NCBI RefSeq assembly: GCF_006345805.1
Contig: NC_042997.1
Coordinates: 113,584,001-113,648,000, forward strand
Origin: Octopus sinensis
Lineage: Eukaryota
DNA length: 64,000 nucleotides
Direction: 5' to 3'
The position numbers were made by a program, and so were the translations under genes. The notes below the pieces were generated by a model that was not told where the DNA came from, made no database searches, and worked only from the letters and a program-made list of their open reading frames with translations. This document shows, piece after piece, positions 37,110 through 50,400 of the stretch. Every line of letters starts with the position of its first letter. Within the stretch, counting starts at the first letter, position 1.

Positions 37110-37640
37110 ATAAGAAGCTTCACACAACTTATCCTAGTATATCATGGTTTATAGACAATACGGATGAACCAGGGAAGAAGATTCAGTAGAATTTCAAGTG
37201 AAACGCTTTTCCATCTTAAACAAACACATCAATGCATTCATACCTCATTATGCAAACGGCAACGACAATTCTCTAGAAATCACTTTCGGCTCCATACATC
37301 GCGCTACAACAACAACAACATAGTAGAAAGATAACCTACCCCCCAACTCTATTCTGACCACTTCATCAAAATACACTTGCACATCAATAAACAAAATCAC
37401 TTCTTTACAAAGCTCAAAAATTCCAGGTGGAACTATTTCTGTCAAGATACAAGATTGGTTTAGAGAATTGCCCATTATCAAAATCATCGACATAGGCTCT
37501 GCAATGTGCAGGGTGTACTTTCAATGAAATATTTATAATATAATGATAAAACCCATGTAAAAGTCACATCCCACAAGGTTACGTGGAATGCTACAAGTCT
37601 AATTACACAACTGCAATAAGCGATCTGATAAAAACTGAGG
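37110..37640 (+). pseudogene. Possible degenerate coding remnant (A-rich strand), perhaps a LINE ORF1
   Basis: One frame gives DSVEFQVKRFSILNKHINAFIPHYANGNDNSLEITFGS..**..KIQDWFRELPIIKIIDIGSAMCRVYFQ; protein-like but no motif I can name. Confidence 0.25.
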
Positions 37641-37649
37641 TTGATCTGA

Positions 37650-38000
37650 AAAGCACACATCATACATGAAACAAACAAACACACACACGCACATACACAC
37701 ACACACTTGCATACACACACATACTTGCACACACACACACATACTTACACACACACATATACACACACATGAAGCACAACACATACACACATATATATAC
37801 ACACACACACACACACTTGTACACACTCACACACACAAACACGTACACATGCACACATGAAGCACCACACACACACATACTTGCACACACACACGAAACA
37901 CCACACACAGACACACACACATATATATACATACACACACACACATAATTGCATGCACACATACTTGCATGCACACATAAACACACACTTGCGCGCACAA
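37650..38000. repeat. Degenerate (CA)n-rich tract
   Basis: Direct reading; source of the C/V and H/T ORFs. Confidence 0.95.
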
Positions 38001-38856
38001 ATACCACATGCAATAGAAACAAAATTCAACAAGAAAACAAGAAGATAGTAAAGAGAGAATGGCTGGTAGAAAATGAGAAAACTGGCAAATATTAGTATGC
38101 AAAACCAACAACGAAACAAAAACTAATTAACAGTAACAACAAAAACAGCTTCAATCAGCATACCACCCACACTTCAACAGTAGGCAGACTTCTTTATCAA
38201 ACACCTTTTTAAAAAAAAAGCAGACATCAAAACTCTACACACAAAGAAGACAGAAAGAAAATCACAAAGTAGGCACAGGTCACCTTGTCCTAGACTTTGA
38301 CCTTGACTCTTCTCTTTAGGCAGATTCCAAGCAAAAAAAAACAAAAAAACAAAGAAAAAGCTATTAAAAAAAAGCTGAATGTAAAATAACAAAATCTTAA
38401 GTCTAAGTCTGACAAAAATCTCGTCCTTATCATTTAGCATCCGCTTTTCTATCCTTGCATGAGTCGGATGGAATTTGTTGAGGCAGAGTTTCTTATTTCT
38501 TTACTGCCCACAAGGGGCTACACACAGAGGGGACAAACAAGGACAAACAAACAGATTAAGTCAATTATTTCAACCCCAGTGCATAACTGGTACTTATTTA
38601 AATGACCCCGAAAGGATGAAAGGCAAAGTCAACCTTGGCAGAGTTTCTACAGCTGGATGCTCTTCCTATCACCAACCCTCTCCTGTTTCCAAATTAGGTA
38701 ATATTTCCTCTTGGTCAGACATGTTTTTCATGGAAGATTACCTACATCGCTTGTTTAACAATGATATATATTTACAATCATTACGTGATATCATGACAAA
38801 GATACATACACACACATATAGGCAGACACAGATACAATGGGCTTCTTTCAGTTTCT

Positions 38857-39070
38857 TATTTCTTTATTGCCCACAATGGGTCAAACAAGGACAGACAAAG
38901 GGGTTAAGTCGATTACATCAACCCCAGTGTGTAACTGGTACTTAATTTATCGACCCCGAAAGGATGAAAGGCAAAGTTGACCTCGGCGGAATTTGAACTC
39001 AGAACGTAAAGACAGACGAAATATCACTAAGCATTTCACCCGGTGCGCTAACGTTTCTGCCAGCTCACCA
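38857..39070 (-). mobile_element. SINE family A copy nested in a family B SINE
   Basis: 15-bp TSD CTTCTTTCAGTTTCT at 38842-38856 and 39071-39085. Confidence 0.9.
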
Positions 39071-39369
39071 CTTCTTTCAGTTTCTCTCAAGCAAATTTAC
39101 TCACAAGTTTTTTGGTAGGCTCAGGGTCATAGTGGAGTATACTTGCCCAAGGTGCCACACAGCAGGACTATACCTTAAACTGCATGGTTGGGAAGAAAGC
39201 TTCTCAGCTGCACAGCCATACCTGTGCCTATACATATGTCTAAAATTTCATACTCTATCGTTAAGATATTTCTGTTGAAATTCACCACCATGTTTCAGTT
39301 AATTTTGAAAATTATAAAGAATCTAGTAAAATATCATTGTTGTTATTTAGCTGGTTTTCAAAATACAGA

Positions 39370-40020
39370 TGATCTTCAAACATTGGGCCTCACAGAGGCA
39401 ATGGCTAGTGATTCAGACCATTGGCGATATGCCATGCTTGAGAAGACCTATCAAGCCAAGTGAAATCAGTAATGGCCAATACTGGCATCATGTAACTGGA
39501 ACCCATGCTGGTGGCATGTAAAAAACACCATTTGAGGGTTGAGCCTCACAAAGGCAATGTGGCCAATGTCACCTAACTGGCACCCATACCAGTGACACAT
39601 CAAAAGCACCAATTGGGTGTTGGGCCTAACAGAGGCAGTGTGACTGAAGTCGGTGTTAGGTGACTGGCATGTAAAAAGCACCTTTCAAGCTTTGGGCCTC
39701 ACAATAACAGTATCGCTGATACCAGTGTCACATAACTGGCACCTGTGCCAGTGGCACATAAAAAGCACCATTCGAGCATTGGACTCCATTGAGGCTGTGT
39801 GGCTGATGTTGGTGTCATGTAACTGGCTTCTGTGACACTGACTTTTTAAGATGTGATTTTTAAGTAACAAATTTTGTCGGTGTGGTTGGTGTTAGGAAGG
39901 GTATCCAGCTGTAGAAACCTTGCCAGATCAGACTGAATTCTGGTGCAGCCTCTCAGCTTACAACCTCTGATCAAACCATCCAACCCATGCCAGCATAGAC
40001 AACAGACGTTAAATGATGAT
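39370..40020 (+). mobile_element. 5'-truncated RTE 3' end with repetitive 3'UTR
   Basis: DDLQTLGLTEAMASDSDHWRYAMLEKTYQAK*, then 3'UTR modules and an ATG tail. Confidence 0.8.
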
Positions 40021-40027
40021 ATTGATT

Positions 40028-40263
40028 AGGATGGCGGCGAGCTGGCAGAACCATTAGCACACCGGGCGAAATGCGTAGCCGTATTTTGTCTGCCATTACG
40101 TTCTGAGTTCAAATTCCGCCGAGGTCGACTTTGCCTTTCATCCTTTCGGGGTCGATAAATTAAGTACCAGTTACACACTGGGGTCAATGTAATCGACTTA
40201 ATCTGTTTGTCTGTCCTTGTTTGTCCCCTCTATGTTTAGCCCCTTGTGGGTAATAAAGAAACA
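40028..40263 (+). mobile_element. SINE family A, near full length
   Basis: GGCGGCGAGCTGGCAGAA...GAGTTCAAATTCCGCC...AAAGAAA; GATATTGAT repeated on both flanks. Confidence 0.9.
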
Positions 40264-40669
40264 GATATTGATGATGATGAATTGACCCACCCCCCCAGGA
40301 ATTTTTTTCTTCAGCCAAGTACTTACTCTATCAGTGTCTTTTACTAAATAATTAAGTTACAGAGATGCTTAGACACATACACAGTTGGTTAAGAATCCAT
40401 CAGTTAGAAAAAATATGCACTTGTATGGATTTTCTTCCATAACATCCAACTCTGAAGAGTGCAAGGTTACATAATTAGGCAGTATCTAACATCCTGTTGA
40501 ATCCATAGTGCAAAACCAGTTGGTAAGACCAGCCTTAATGGATAGATAATACTGCACACTTTGATTAATATATTAATCCTGGTTTGACCAGGATTGGTGA
40601 GCTGAGGGGCTGCATCAGAATTCAGTCTGATCTGGTAAGGTTTCTACAGCGGGATGCCCTTCCTACCAC

Positions 40670-40706
<37 letters not shown>

Positions 40707-41729
40707 AGATATAGAGAGATAGATAGGCAGACAAATAGACAGATACACACACACACAAACAAACAGGCTTCTTTCAGTTTTCTGGCCCAGAGCTATAGTG
40801 GAAGACACCTGCCCAAGGTGCCATGCAGTGGGACTGAACCTGGGACCATGTGGTTGGGAAGTGACCTTCTTATCACACAGTCATGCATGTGCCTATACAC
40901 ACACACAGCAGACTTCTTTCAGTTTCCATCCACCAAATCCTCTCACAAGGGTTTTAGTTGACCTGGAGCTATATAATAAGAAGCTCTTATCCAAAGCACC
41001 ACACAGTGGGACTGAACCTGGAACCATCTGGTTGGGAACCAAACTTCTTACCACACAGCTATGCAAAAGGGTTAAACATCTCTAGAGACAGATTTTCTTC
41101 TTCTTTTCCTTTCTTTTTTTTCCCCTGCTGACTGCACAAATAATCTCAGTCAAAGTTTTTTGTTTTAACACATTGCACAAGATCCTTTCTGTCACCAGTG
41201 ATCTAAGTTTACCAAATGAAACCCGATCACCACTGTCCCCCCCCCTGCACCTCCTGTCAGCACATACGAAATGTGCTCCCAATTCTAAGTGAGTAACATA
41301 ATCACAGTCTAGGTTTACTGAAGCTAAAAGGAGTTGAATTACTTGGATCTTTTCTTTGTTTTAGGCGCAGGCAAGGCTGTGTGGTTAAGAAATTCACTTC
41401 ACAACGAAGTGGTTTCAAGTTCAGTCCCACTGCACTGTACCTTGGGCATGTGTCTTTTTACCCACAGTCTTGGGCTGACCAGAACCTTGTGAATGGATCT
41501 GGTAGGCAGTGGACAAACATTAAATAGGAACCTATAGTGTGTGTGTGTGTGATCTTCACTGTCATCAGTTTTCCGGGCTGGCATGAGTTGGACAGTTTGA
41601 CTGGAACTGGTAAGGCCAGGCTGTGCATATGGTTCCATAGTCTGTTTTGGTATGATTTCTGTAGTTGGATGCCCACCCTTATGCCAAGCACTCTACAGAG
41701 TATATTGGGTGCCATTTATGTAACACTAA

Positions 41730-42030
41730 CGCCAGTACTTTTTACATGGCACCACCATCTCCAGTGTTTTTTATGTGGCACCATCACCAGTGCTTTTTAC
41801 ATGGCACCATCCCCAGTGCTTTTTACATGGCACCATCTCCAGTGCTTTTTACGTGGCACCATCCCCCGTGCTTTTTACGTCACACCAGTGCTTTTTACAT
41901 GGCACCATCTTCAGTGCTTTTTATGTGACACCGGCACCAGTGCTTATTATGTAGCACCAGTGACTTTTACATGGAACTAGCACCAGTTCTTTTTACATGG
42001 AACTAGCATCAATGCTTTTTATGTGGGACC
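41730..42030. repeat. Imperfect ~22-25-bp minisatellite (CCAGTGCTTTTTACATGGCACCAT) inside an RTE 3'UTR-derived element
   Basis: Roughly a dozen degenerate units read directly. Confidence 0.85.
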
Positions 42031-42989
42031 AGCACCAACAGGGTCACCAAGTACCTTGCATGACAAAAAGCCCTCAACTGGGAGCGGGGTGAGTACTATT
42101 GAAGGTGTGTGGCTTTGTGCCAGTTGAGATATCATTTAATATCCCTTTTCCATGCTGGCATGGGTTGAATGCTTCGAGAGGAACTGGCCAGTTGGGGAAC
42201 TGCCTAAGCTCCATTTCTCTGTTTTGGCACTGTGTTCTATGGCTTGACGCCCTTCCTAATGCCAACCATTTTACAGAGTGTACTGGGTGATTTTCACATG
42301 ACACTGGTACAAGAGCTTTTATATGGCACTGATATGGGTACCTTTGTGTGGCACCAGCATAGGTGCTTTAACATAGCACTGGGGCGAGCACTTTTTACAT
42401 GGCACCAGCTCCCACAAGCCTGCAATAGAGGGACTTCTCAGCTGAGAGAGGGAGTGGGGGGGCATGGTCATAAAGAACATGCCTGTATGTATGGATGGCC
42501 ATATTTTTACTTAGTTTGGCATGTCTTCTGGAGCACAGCAAACCACCAAGTCCTGGTCCCTTGTCGGCTCCTCTATGAGGCCCAACATCTGAAGAACCTT
42601 TACACACTCACACATACATACAATGTATTCACCCCACATTTTATGCACTTCACTCACCCCTCAACCATGTCTAATCTCTACAGTTATCACCTACACTTCC
42701 TTATCTTCCTCACTCATCAGCCACTCAACACTTGTTCTTCGTTTATTATATTCACCCCCTCTCCCATTCCCCATGTCTCACTCCCCTACACACTCACATA
42801 ACCTTCTGCCCCAATTCAATTCTACTCACCTCATACCTTGAGGTCCACACAGACACCTCATCAACACAGTTTGTATCTCTTCCAAGCTCCACCCCCAATT
42901 CCACTCCACCCTCTCTTCTAAAATGTAAGGAACCATGTGGCTCCTCTACTGCAAGAAACCAGTTCTTTTTCTGGCCATTTTCTATCATC

Positions 42990-43270
42990 ATCATCATTGT
43001 TCGACCATGGTCGAGAGAATGGAATTTACTATGCTACGCCAGACTTCACGGTCCATCCTGTTGCTGGATGCCTGTATCCCTGGAGATTACATCAGGGTAG
43101 GAGAGTGTGCACCCTCTGGTATCACGAGCAGATGGCTTCCAGAGGAGAAGAGTAAAAATTACCTCGTTTTCAGCTCTACAACAATGTCCAGCAAACTGGA
43201 CTCTTCTACCTTTCACAAGAGATGATACAGGTGGTAATTTCCCATATATTTCTCTCATACATTAACTTCC
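42990..43270 (-). pseudogene. 3' end of another non-LTR retrotransposon ORF
   Basis: Minus-strand ORF REIYGKLPPVSSLVKGRRVQFAGHCCRAENEVIFTLLLWKPS...LSYPDVISRDTG (RR.QFAGH variant of RLRWxGH), followed by a (GAT)n tail. Confidence 0.7.
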
Positions 43271-43971
43271 TTTAAGCCAACTCTTCACCTTGTGATTCAT
43301 AGTCTTGTAAGCTGCATGGTGACCTCACTGGTGCTGGTGGCATCAAACAAAGAAAAGGCACCCAGTCACACACCGTAAAGTGGTTGGTATTAGGAAGGAC
43401 ATCCAGCCATAGAAGCCATGCAAAATAAACAATGGAGCATGATGCAGTTCTTGGAGGCATTGGAGTTTGTTGGGCATTAAATGACAATGATGATGGTGTA
43501 TGTGTGTGTCTATGAACTGAACAGGATTGCAGGGGTGCAAAGATAATGCGAATTATGCAAGCCCAAAGCCAATTCTTTGCTTTCCGTCCCTACAGACACC
43601 AGTGACCAACCTGTGGCAGAGCTCTCCAAGCACCTAACTAATTGGCCACAGTTGAAAATACTTTACCTCATCTTTTTCCCCCATGTGATATCCTTGATTA
43701 TCATCAACAACAACAACAGACAAACTAATAATAATAAGAAGAAAAAGAAGAAGAAGAATCCTTTCTACTGAAGGCACAAGGCCTGAAATTTGTGGGGAGA
43801 GGACTAGTTGATTACATTGACCCCAGTGTTTCACTGGTAGTTAATTTATCAACCCCAAAAAGATGACAGGCAAAGTCAACCTCAGCAGAATTTGAACTCA
43901 GAATGTAAGGACAGACAAAATACTGCTAAGCATTTTGTCAACTGTGTTAACAATTCTGCCAGTTCCCCACC

Positions 43972-44019
<48 letters not shown>

Positions 44020-44477
44020 TGTATGTCTGTGTGTGTGTATTTATATTTGCAGTTTACAAAAAAATTACTGCTGTACAAGCGATAGTGTTATTGTCATTTT
44101 CTTTGTCAACAAACCATCTTGCCGGCTTTGCACCTTCAGAGATATGTGTGCAATGGGAGATCCTTTACTTGAAAAGCAGATAAGGGTCGGTGACAGGAAG
44201 ATCATCTAGTTGTTGCCAAAATCTTTCAAATAATATATCAATATATCCATCCAGCCTATGCAAACATGGAGAAACAGATGCAAAAAAAAAAAAAAAGAAA
44301 AAAAAAAAGATTGAAAACAACCCTGAATTTTGTGTTTGTGACGTCCTTTACATGTTCGGTGTTCTAAGTTTACCAAATGAAACCTGATACCCAGCATCCC
44401 ATCTCTTGGCAGATTATACGAGATATACTTCAGTACTAAGTTAGTAATGTAACTAGTTCTAGGTTTACCAATGTTAA

Positions 44478-44697
44478 CCCTTTCATTACTGTATTTATTT
44501 TGAGATACTCAGTGTTTCTTTCAATTACTTTAAATTTAACAAAGAATTTAGTAAAATAACTTAGTTATCATTCAACTAGTGCTAGGAACATAAATTGTGA
44601 CTAAGATTTGGTGGAAGATTTTAATTCAAAACTTATGAAAACAAAACATTTGTACTCAGAGCCAGAGCCAATTTAAGCTGGGTTGGTAACAAAAGGG
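44478..44697. mobile_element. piggyBac-like MITE
   Basis: TTAA|CCCTTTCATTAC ... GTAACAAAAGGG|TTAA. Confidence 0.85.
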
Positions 44698-45265
44698 TTA
44701 AACAAAGACTACTTTGATCTTTTATTCTGGTGAAGCATTAAGCAAGAATTTAAATGAAAAGAATATAATAATAGAATCGACAGAAATATGTAACAGAAAA
44801 CACAATCTCTCAGACATTAAAACAAAATTGCTTATTTTTGATAAACTTATTTTTTAAAAAATTAAATATATTTATTTTATAAAATTTATTTGTTGGTTGG
44901 TTATTTTATGCTGAGAACAGTGCAACCAAACCAGTCAAGTACTGGGTTTGATTTTATTAACTTGCCCTTCCCCTCAAAATTGTCAGTTCCATGCTAAAAT
45001 TTGAAATCATCATTATTATTATTATTATTATTAAGGGTGGTGAGCTTGCAGTATCGTTAGCATGCTGGACAAAATACTTAACAGTATTTCACCCGTTGGT
45101 TCATTCTGAGTTCAAATTCTGCTGAGGTTGATTTTACCGTTCATCCTTTCGGGGTTGATAAAATAAGTACCAGTTAAACACTGGGGATCAATGTAATTGA
45201 CTCATACCCTCTCCATAAAAATTGCTGCCCTTGTGGCAAAATTTGAAACCATTATTATTATTATA

Positions 45266-45296
<31 letters not shown>

Positions 45297-45911
45297 TACT
45301 ACTACTACTACTACTACTACTACTACCACTATTATTATTATTATTATTATTTATTATTATTATTTATTATTGTTATTATTATTGCTGCTGCTGCTGCTGG
45401 CAGAACAGTTAGCAACATTTCATCCATCTTCACATCCTGAATTCCAGTGCCGCCAGGGTTGATCTTACCTTTCATCTTTCAGGGTCAATAAAATAAATAC
45501 CAGTTGAATCCTAGGGTTGACATAATCGACTTATTCCCCACACATCCCTGAACTTGCTGGCCTTGTGCCAAAGACTGGAAATCATCATTATTATAAAGGC
45601 AGAGAGCTGGCAAAACCATTAACACACCGGGCAAAATTCTTAACAGTATCTTATCTGCCTTTACATTCTCATTTCAAATTCCACCAAGGTCGGCTTCACC
45701 TTTCATCTTTTCGGGGTCGATAAAATAAGTACCAGTCAACTTCCCCTCCCTTCAAAAATTGCTAGCCTTGTGCCAAAATTAGAAAGAGTTCTTCTTCACC
45801 TTCTCCTCTTCATTCCTCTTCTTCTTCTTCTTTTCCTTCTTCTTCACCTTCTCCTCTTCATTCCTCTTCTTCTCCTTCTTTTCCTTCTTCTTTTGCTTCT
45901 TCTTCTTCTTC

Positions 45912-45945
<34 letters not shown>

Positions 45946-46416
45946 CGTCAATCTATGTTGCTTTGTAATCTTTTAGCTAAACATATTTATTCTGTTGTAC
46001 AGATGGCTCTGACATGAACACTTGATAATTCATGATATCTTTAATGTAAAACACAGCATTTTAATAATAATGATAATAATAACAATAATTGCTGTTGCTG
46101 TCAGAGTAGCATGTCTCCTCAAACTGCTGCTGCTACCGGTGCTGCTGCTGCTGTTTTAATGCAACAAACAGTAATGTTTCTGCTGATATTGCATTAGCTG
46201 TGTTTATTAATGCACTTGTTGTTCTCTCTAATTAGGCGACTTTATACTAACGAAGACAGCAACTACTACCAGACACCCTGGAGTTTTTGGTGGTTATTAT
46301 TGAGGACTGTTACCATGTTGGAGACGGAGGGGGGGGGGGTTGTCATTGTTTTGGTTGAGTAATTAATGCTTGACATATTAGCTCTAGTTCTCTGTTCTCT
46401 CTCTCCCCTTTGTACA

Positions 46417-46447
<31 letters not shown>

Positions 46448-46530
46448 CTTGTTCCCCCACACTATCTTTTCATTTCTTTGTGAGTATTTATGAGACTGTG
46501 TGGTTGTGTGCATATATATATGTCTGTGTA

Positions 46531-46771
46531 AAGGCGGCGAGCTGGCAGAAACGTTAGCACGGCGGGCGAAATGCGTAGCCGTATTTCGTCTGCCGTTATG
46601 TTCTGAGTTCAAATTCCGCCAAGGTCGACTTTGCCTTTCATCCTTTCAGGGTCGATAAATTAAGTACCAGTTACGCACTGGAGTCGATATAATCAACTTA
46701 ATCCATTTTCTGTCCTTGTTTGTCCCTTCTGTGTATAGCCCCTTGTGGGTAGTAAAGAAATAGGTATTTCA
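46531..46771 (+). mobile_element. SINE family A copy with 3' read-through into a second monomer
   Basis: TSD TCTGTGTA at 46523-46530 and 46772-46779; 3' end reads AAAGAAATA-GGTATTTCA. Confidence 0.85.
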
Positions 46772-46799
46772 TCTGTGTAGTTGCGTACATATATCTGTT

Positions 46800-47060
46800 T
46801 GTGTGTGTGTGTGTGTGTAGTTGTGTGCACATGTTTGTGTATAGTTGTGTGCATATATTTGTGTGTATAGTTGTGTATAAATACCTGTGTGTGCATGGTT
46901 GTGTGCACTTATGTGTATGTAGTTGTGCATATGTGTGTGTGGTTGTATGCACGTGTGTGTGTAGTTGTGTGCATATATTTGTGTGTATGCATGGTTGTGT
47001 GCATATGGTTGTGTACACGTATATGTGTTGTTCTGTACATATATCTGAGTGTGTGTATAA
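46800..47060. repeat. GT-rich minisatellite (GTAGTTGTGTGCAT-like units)
   Basis: Direct reading. Confidence 0.9.
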
Positions 47061-47460
47061 GTACAGACTATTGTTGAGAGCGTGATGTGTTCAGTATAGA
47101 AAGCATGCAGTAGAGCTCAAATGAATTTTGAACTTAAACTCCAAATTCTTCATCCTGGACTAGATCCATGGTGTCAAGAATGGCTACAAGAGAAATCCAA
47201 GGAGAGCTGATATGGAGGTAGTGATGTAGACAAGTGCTCCTCAATCAGTATGCTGCAGCATACTGGTGTGCCACAAGACAATGCCACAGTGAAGCATGAA
47301 TATAGTTTTTTTCCCTATACTTTTACTCATGTTTTTAGTTCATGTGTGCCACCGAATTCTGAAAAGAACATAGGTGCACCACAAGAGAAAAAAGGTTGTG
47401 GAGCACTGATGTAAATAAACACAACTAGGCTTCACACACACACATATTCAGAAAGATACC

Positions 47461-47493
<33 letters not shown>

Positions 47494-47494
47494 C

Positions 47495-50400
47495 ATCATC
47501 ATCATCATCATCATCATTTAGCGTCCGTTTTCCATGCTAGCATGGGTTGGACGGTTCAACTGGGGTCTGGGGAGCCCGAAGGCTGCACCAGGCCAGTCAG
47601 ATCTGGCAGTGTTTCTACAGCTGGATGCCCTTCCTAACGCCAACCACTCCGAGAGTGTAGTGGGTGATTTTATGTGCCACCGACACAGGTGCCAGACGAG
47701 GCTGGCGAACGGCCACGCTCGGATGGTGTTTTTATGTGCCACCGACACAGGTGCCAGACGAGGCTGGCAGACGGCCACGCTCGGATGGTGTTTTTATGTG
47801 CCACCGACACAGGTGCCAGATGAGGCTGGCAGGTGCCAGACGAGGCTGGCAGACGGCCACGCTCGGATGGTGTTTTTATGTGCCACCGACACAGGTGCCA
47901 GATGAGGCTGGCGGACGGCCACGATCGGATGGTGTTTGTTACGTCCCCAAAGCACGGAGGCCAGTCTATGCGGTACTGGCTACGGCCACGTTCGGATGAT
48001 TTTCTTGTGTGCCACCGGCACTGGTACCACAAAGATACAAATTCCATTTATGCTCATCTATTTTGATTTGTTTTGATTTGATTTGATTTTCACTTGCCTC
48101 AACAGGTCTTCACAAGTGTCACTTGCCTCAACAGGTCTTCACAAGTGTCACAAGAAGGAAGGTATGCACAGGTGGACTGTCTACGTCGCCGGGTCTTCGG
48201 ATGGTGTCTTTATGTGCCACCGACACAGGTGCCAGATGTGGCTGGCGAACGGCCACGATCGGATGGTTTTCTTGTGTGCCACCGGTACTGGAACCACAAA
48301 GATACAAATTCCATTGATGTTCATCTATTTTGATTTGGTTTGATTTTCACTTGCCTCAACAGGTCTTCACAAGTGTCACGCGTGTCCTTGTGTGCCACCG
48401 GTACTGGAACCACAAAGATACAAATTCCATTGATGTTCATCTATTTTGATTTGGTTTGATTTTCACTTGCCTCAACAGGTCTTCACAAGTGTCACGCGTG
48501 TCACACACTTGCCTCAACAGGTCTCCACAAGTGTCACACACTTGCCTCTGCCTCAACAGGTCTTCACAAAGTGTCACACACTTGCCTCTGCCTCAACAGG
48601 TCTTCACAAGTGTCATAAGAGGGAAGGTATGCACAGGTGGACTGACTACGTCGCCGGGTCTTTGGATGGTGTTTTTATGTGCCACCGACACAGGTGCCAG
48701 GTGAGGCTGGCGAACGGCCACGATCAGATGTCTCCACAAGTGTCACACACTTGCCTCTGCCTCAACAGGTCTTCACAAAGTGTCACACACTTGCCTCTGC
48801 CTCAACAGGTCTTCACAAGTGTCATAAGAGGGAAGGTATGCACAGGTGGACTGACTACGTCGCCGGGTCTTTGGATGGTGTTTTTATGTGCCACCGACAC
48901 AGGTGCCAGGTGAGGCTGGCGAACGGCCACGATCAGATGGTGTTTCTGCCGAATGTCGACCCAACAGAGGGACCAGCAATCCGAGTTAACAGTTCCTTAG
49001 TAGATAAGGCAATTAGAAGCATGAAAACAGGGAAAGCCCCAGGCCCATCAGGAATTACTGCAGAGATGCTCAAAATATCTGGTGGTGTCGGCTATAGCTT
49101 AGTCACCCGTATAGTTAACCAGGTGATACACGAGGGGGTCATACCCAATGACTGGTGTAGCAGCATAATAGTCAACTGCTACAAGGTAAAGGCGACGCCC
49201 TAGAGACAAATAACTACAGGGGCATCAAGCTGCTGGATCAGGTAATGAAGGTTACGGAGAGGGTTGTAGCCCAACTAATTAGAGAGAGAGTTACCTTAGA
49301 TGATATGCAGTTTGGGTTCGTGCCAGGGAAAAGTACTACTGATGCTATATTCCTGGTAAGACAGCTGCAGGAGAAATACCTAGCCAAAGATAAGCCCTTG
49401 TACCTGGCTTTTGTTGACTTGGAGAAAGCCTTTGACAGGGTCCCCCGGTCCCTTATCTGGTGGTCAATGAGGAAACTAGGGATAGAAGAATGGTTGGTGA
49501 GAGCTGTGCAAGCCATGTACAGAGACGCTGCTAGTAAGGTGAGGGTGGGCAACGAGTACAGTGAAGAATTCCGGGTAGAGGTTGGGGTCCACCAAGGTTC
49601 AGTCCTCAGCCCCCTCCTATTTATCATAGTCCTCCAGGCAATAACGGAGGAATTCAAGACAGGTTGCCCCTGGGAGCTCCTCTATGCTGATGACCTTGCT
49701 CTAATTGCTGAGTCACTATCAGAACTGGAGGAGAAGTTCCAGGTGTGGAAACAAGGATTAGAATCGAAGGGCCTTAGAATCAACCTAGCCAAAACCAAAG
49801 TTCTAATAAGTAGGAAGGTAGATCAATCACAAACGCCTTCAGGTAGATGGCCCTGCTCGATCTGTAAAAAAGGTGTAGGTAGAAACTCTATAAGATGCAC
49901 CAAGTGTAAGCTATGGACACATAAGAGGTGCAGCAATGTCAAAGGAAGGCTAACTAGGAAAATAGTTTTTGTCTGTGGCAAATGCTCAGGAGCAATAAAC
50001 ACTGGAAATATGCAGAGACCAACTTCTGCCACGTTCCAGGGAGACAAACTAGAAGTAGTTGATAGCTTCCGCTACCTAGGAGACCAAGTCAGTAGCGGGG
50101 GTGGGTGTGCTGAAAGTGTAACTGCTAGAGTAAGAATAGCCTGGGCAAAGTTTAGAGAGCTCTTACCCCTGCTGGTGACAAAAGGCCTCTCGCTCAGAGT
50201 AAAAGGCAGACTGTATGATGCATGTGTACGTACAGCCATGCTACATGGTAGTGAAACATGGGCCGTGACTGCTGAGGATATGCGTAAGCTCGCAAGAAAT
50301 GAAGCCAGTATGCTCCGATGGATGTGTAATGTCAGTGTTCATAATCGTCAGAGTGTAAGTTCCTTGAGAGAAAAGCTGAACCTAAGAAGCGTCAGTTGTG

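Noticed and set aside
47640-48945. Regularly spaced direct repeats that look superficially like a CRISPR array
   Set aside because: The intervening sequences are themselves repeated LINE 3'UTR modules, not unique spacers; eukaryotic context and no cas genes.
49238-49657. 139-aa minus-strand ORF
   Set aside because: Antisense to the RT domain.
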